A stretch of 64,000 nt of DNA, from the NCBI RefSeq assembly GCF_963506605.1, contig NC_083276.1:87978001-88042000 (forward strand), read 5' to 3'. The translations under genes and the position numbers were made by a program. The DNA comes from Zootoca vivipara. Lineage: Eukaryota. Of this stretch, positions 63,801-64,000 are shown piece after piece (positions within the stretch are counted from its first letter, which is position 1; each line of letters begins with the position of its first letter). The notes under the pieces were generated by a model. That model was given only the letters and a program-made list of their open reading frames with translations. It was not told the origin of the DNA and searched no databases.

Positions 63801-64000
63801 AGTGGAACCTCGGTTTATGAACACCTCGGTTTATGAATTTTCGGTTTATGAATGCCGCAGACCCATCTGGAACGGATTAATTCACTTTCCATTACTTTCA
63901 ATGGGAAAGTTCGCTTCAGTTTATGAACAGACTTCCGGAACCAATTACACCCATGCTTCGGGTTAAGTACGCTTCAGGTTGAGTACTCCGCGGACCCGTC
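63800..64000. mobile_element. Tc1/mariner MITE (runs off window), same modules as 28272-28682
   Basis: TA|cagtggaacctcgg TIR; shared internal ggattaat…ccattactttcaatgggaaagttcgcttcag. Confidence 0.85.

Overview
This is eukaryotic, gene-poor, repeat-rich vertebrate DNA. The repeat complement (Sauria SINE, BovB, young L2, CR1, L1/Tx1, many hAT and Tc1/mariner MITEs) points to a squamate reptile, probably a lacertid lizard (inference). The only host gene I can support is glycophorin C (GYPC) on the minus strand. It has a terminal coding exon at 44473-44669 (TM helix, protein 4.1-binding motif, PDZ-binding EYFI) and a 51-nt phase 1-1 exon at 48457-48507. A tentative first coding exon lies at 59020-59083, preceded by TATA/ETS/GATA motifs. 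About 44 kb 3' of the gene has no recognisable gene, only TEs, microsatellites, two assembly gaps and several CNE-like blocks. The most notable observation is two apparently complete, TSD-flanked, short (about 1.2 and 2.05 kb) L1-like retroposons. Both start GGACTT(A/C)CGG, carry only decayed ORF1-like sequence, lack any reverse transcriptase and end like the local L1 3' fragments, suggesting a non-autonomous 'half-L1' (HAL1-like) family. Almost all ORFs in the supplied track are TE-derived or spurious. No rRNA, true tRNA gene or CRISPR array was seen.
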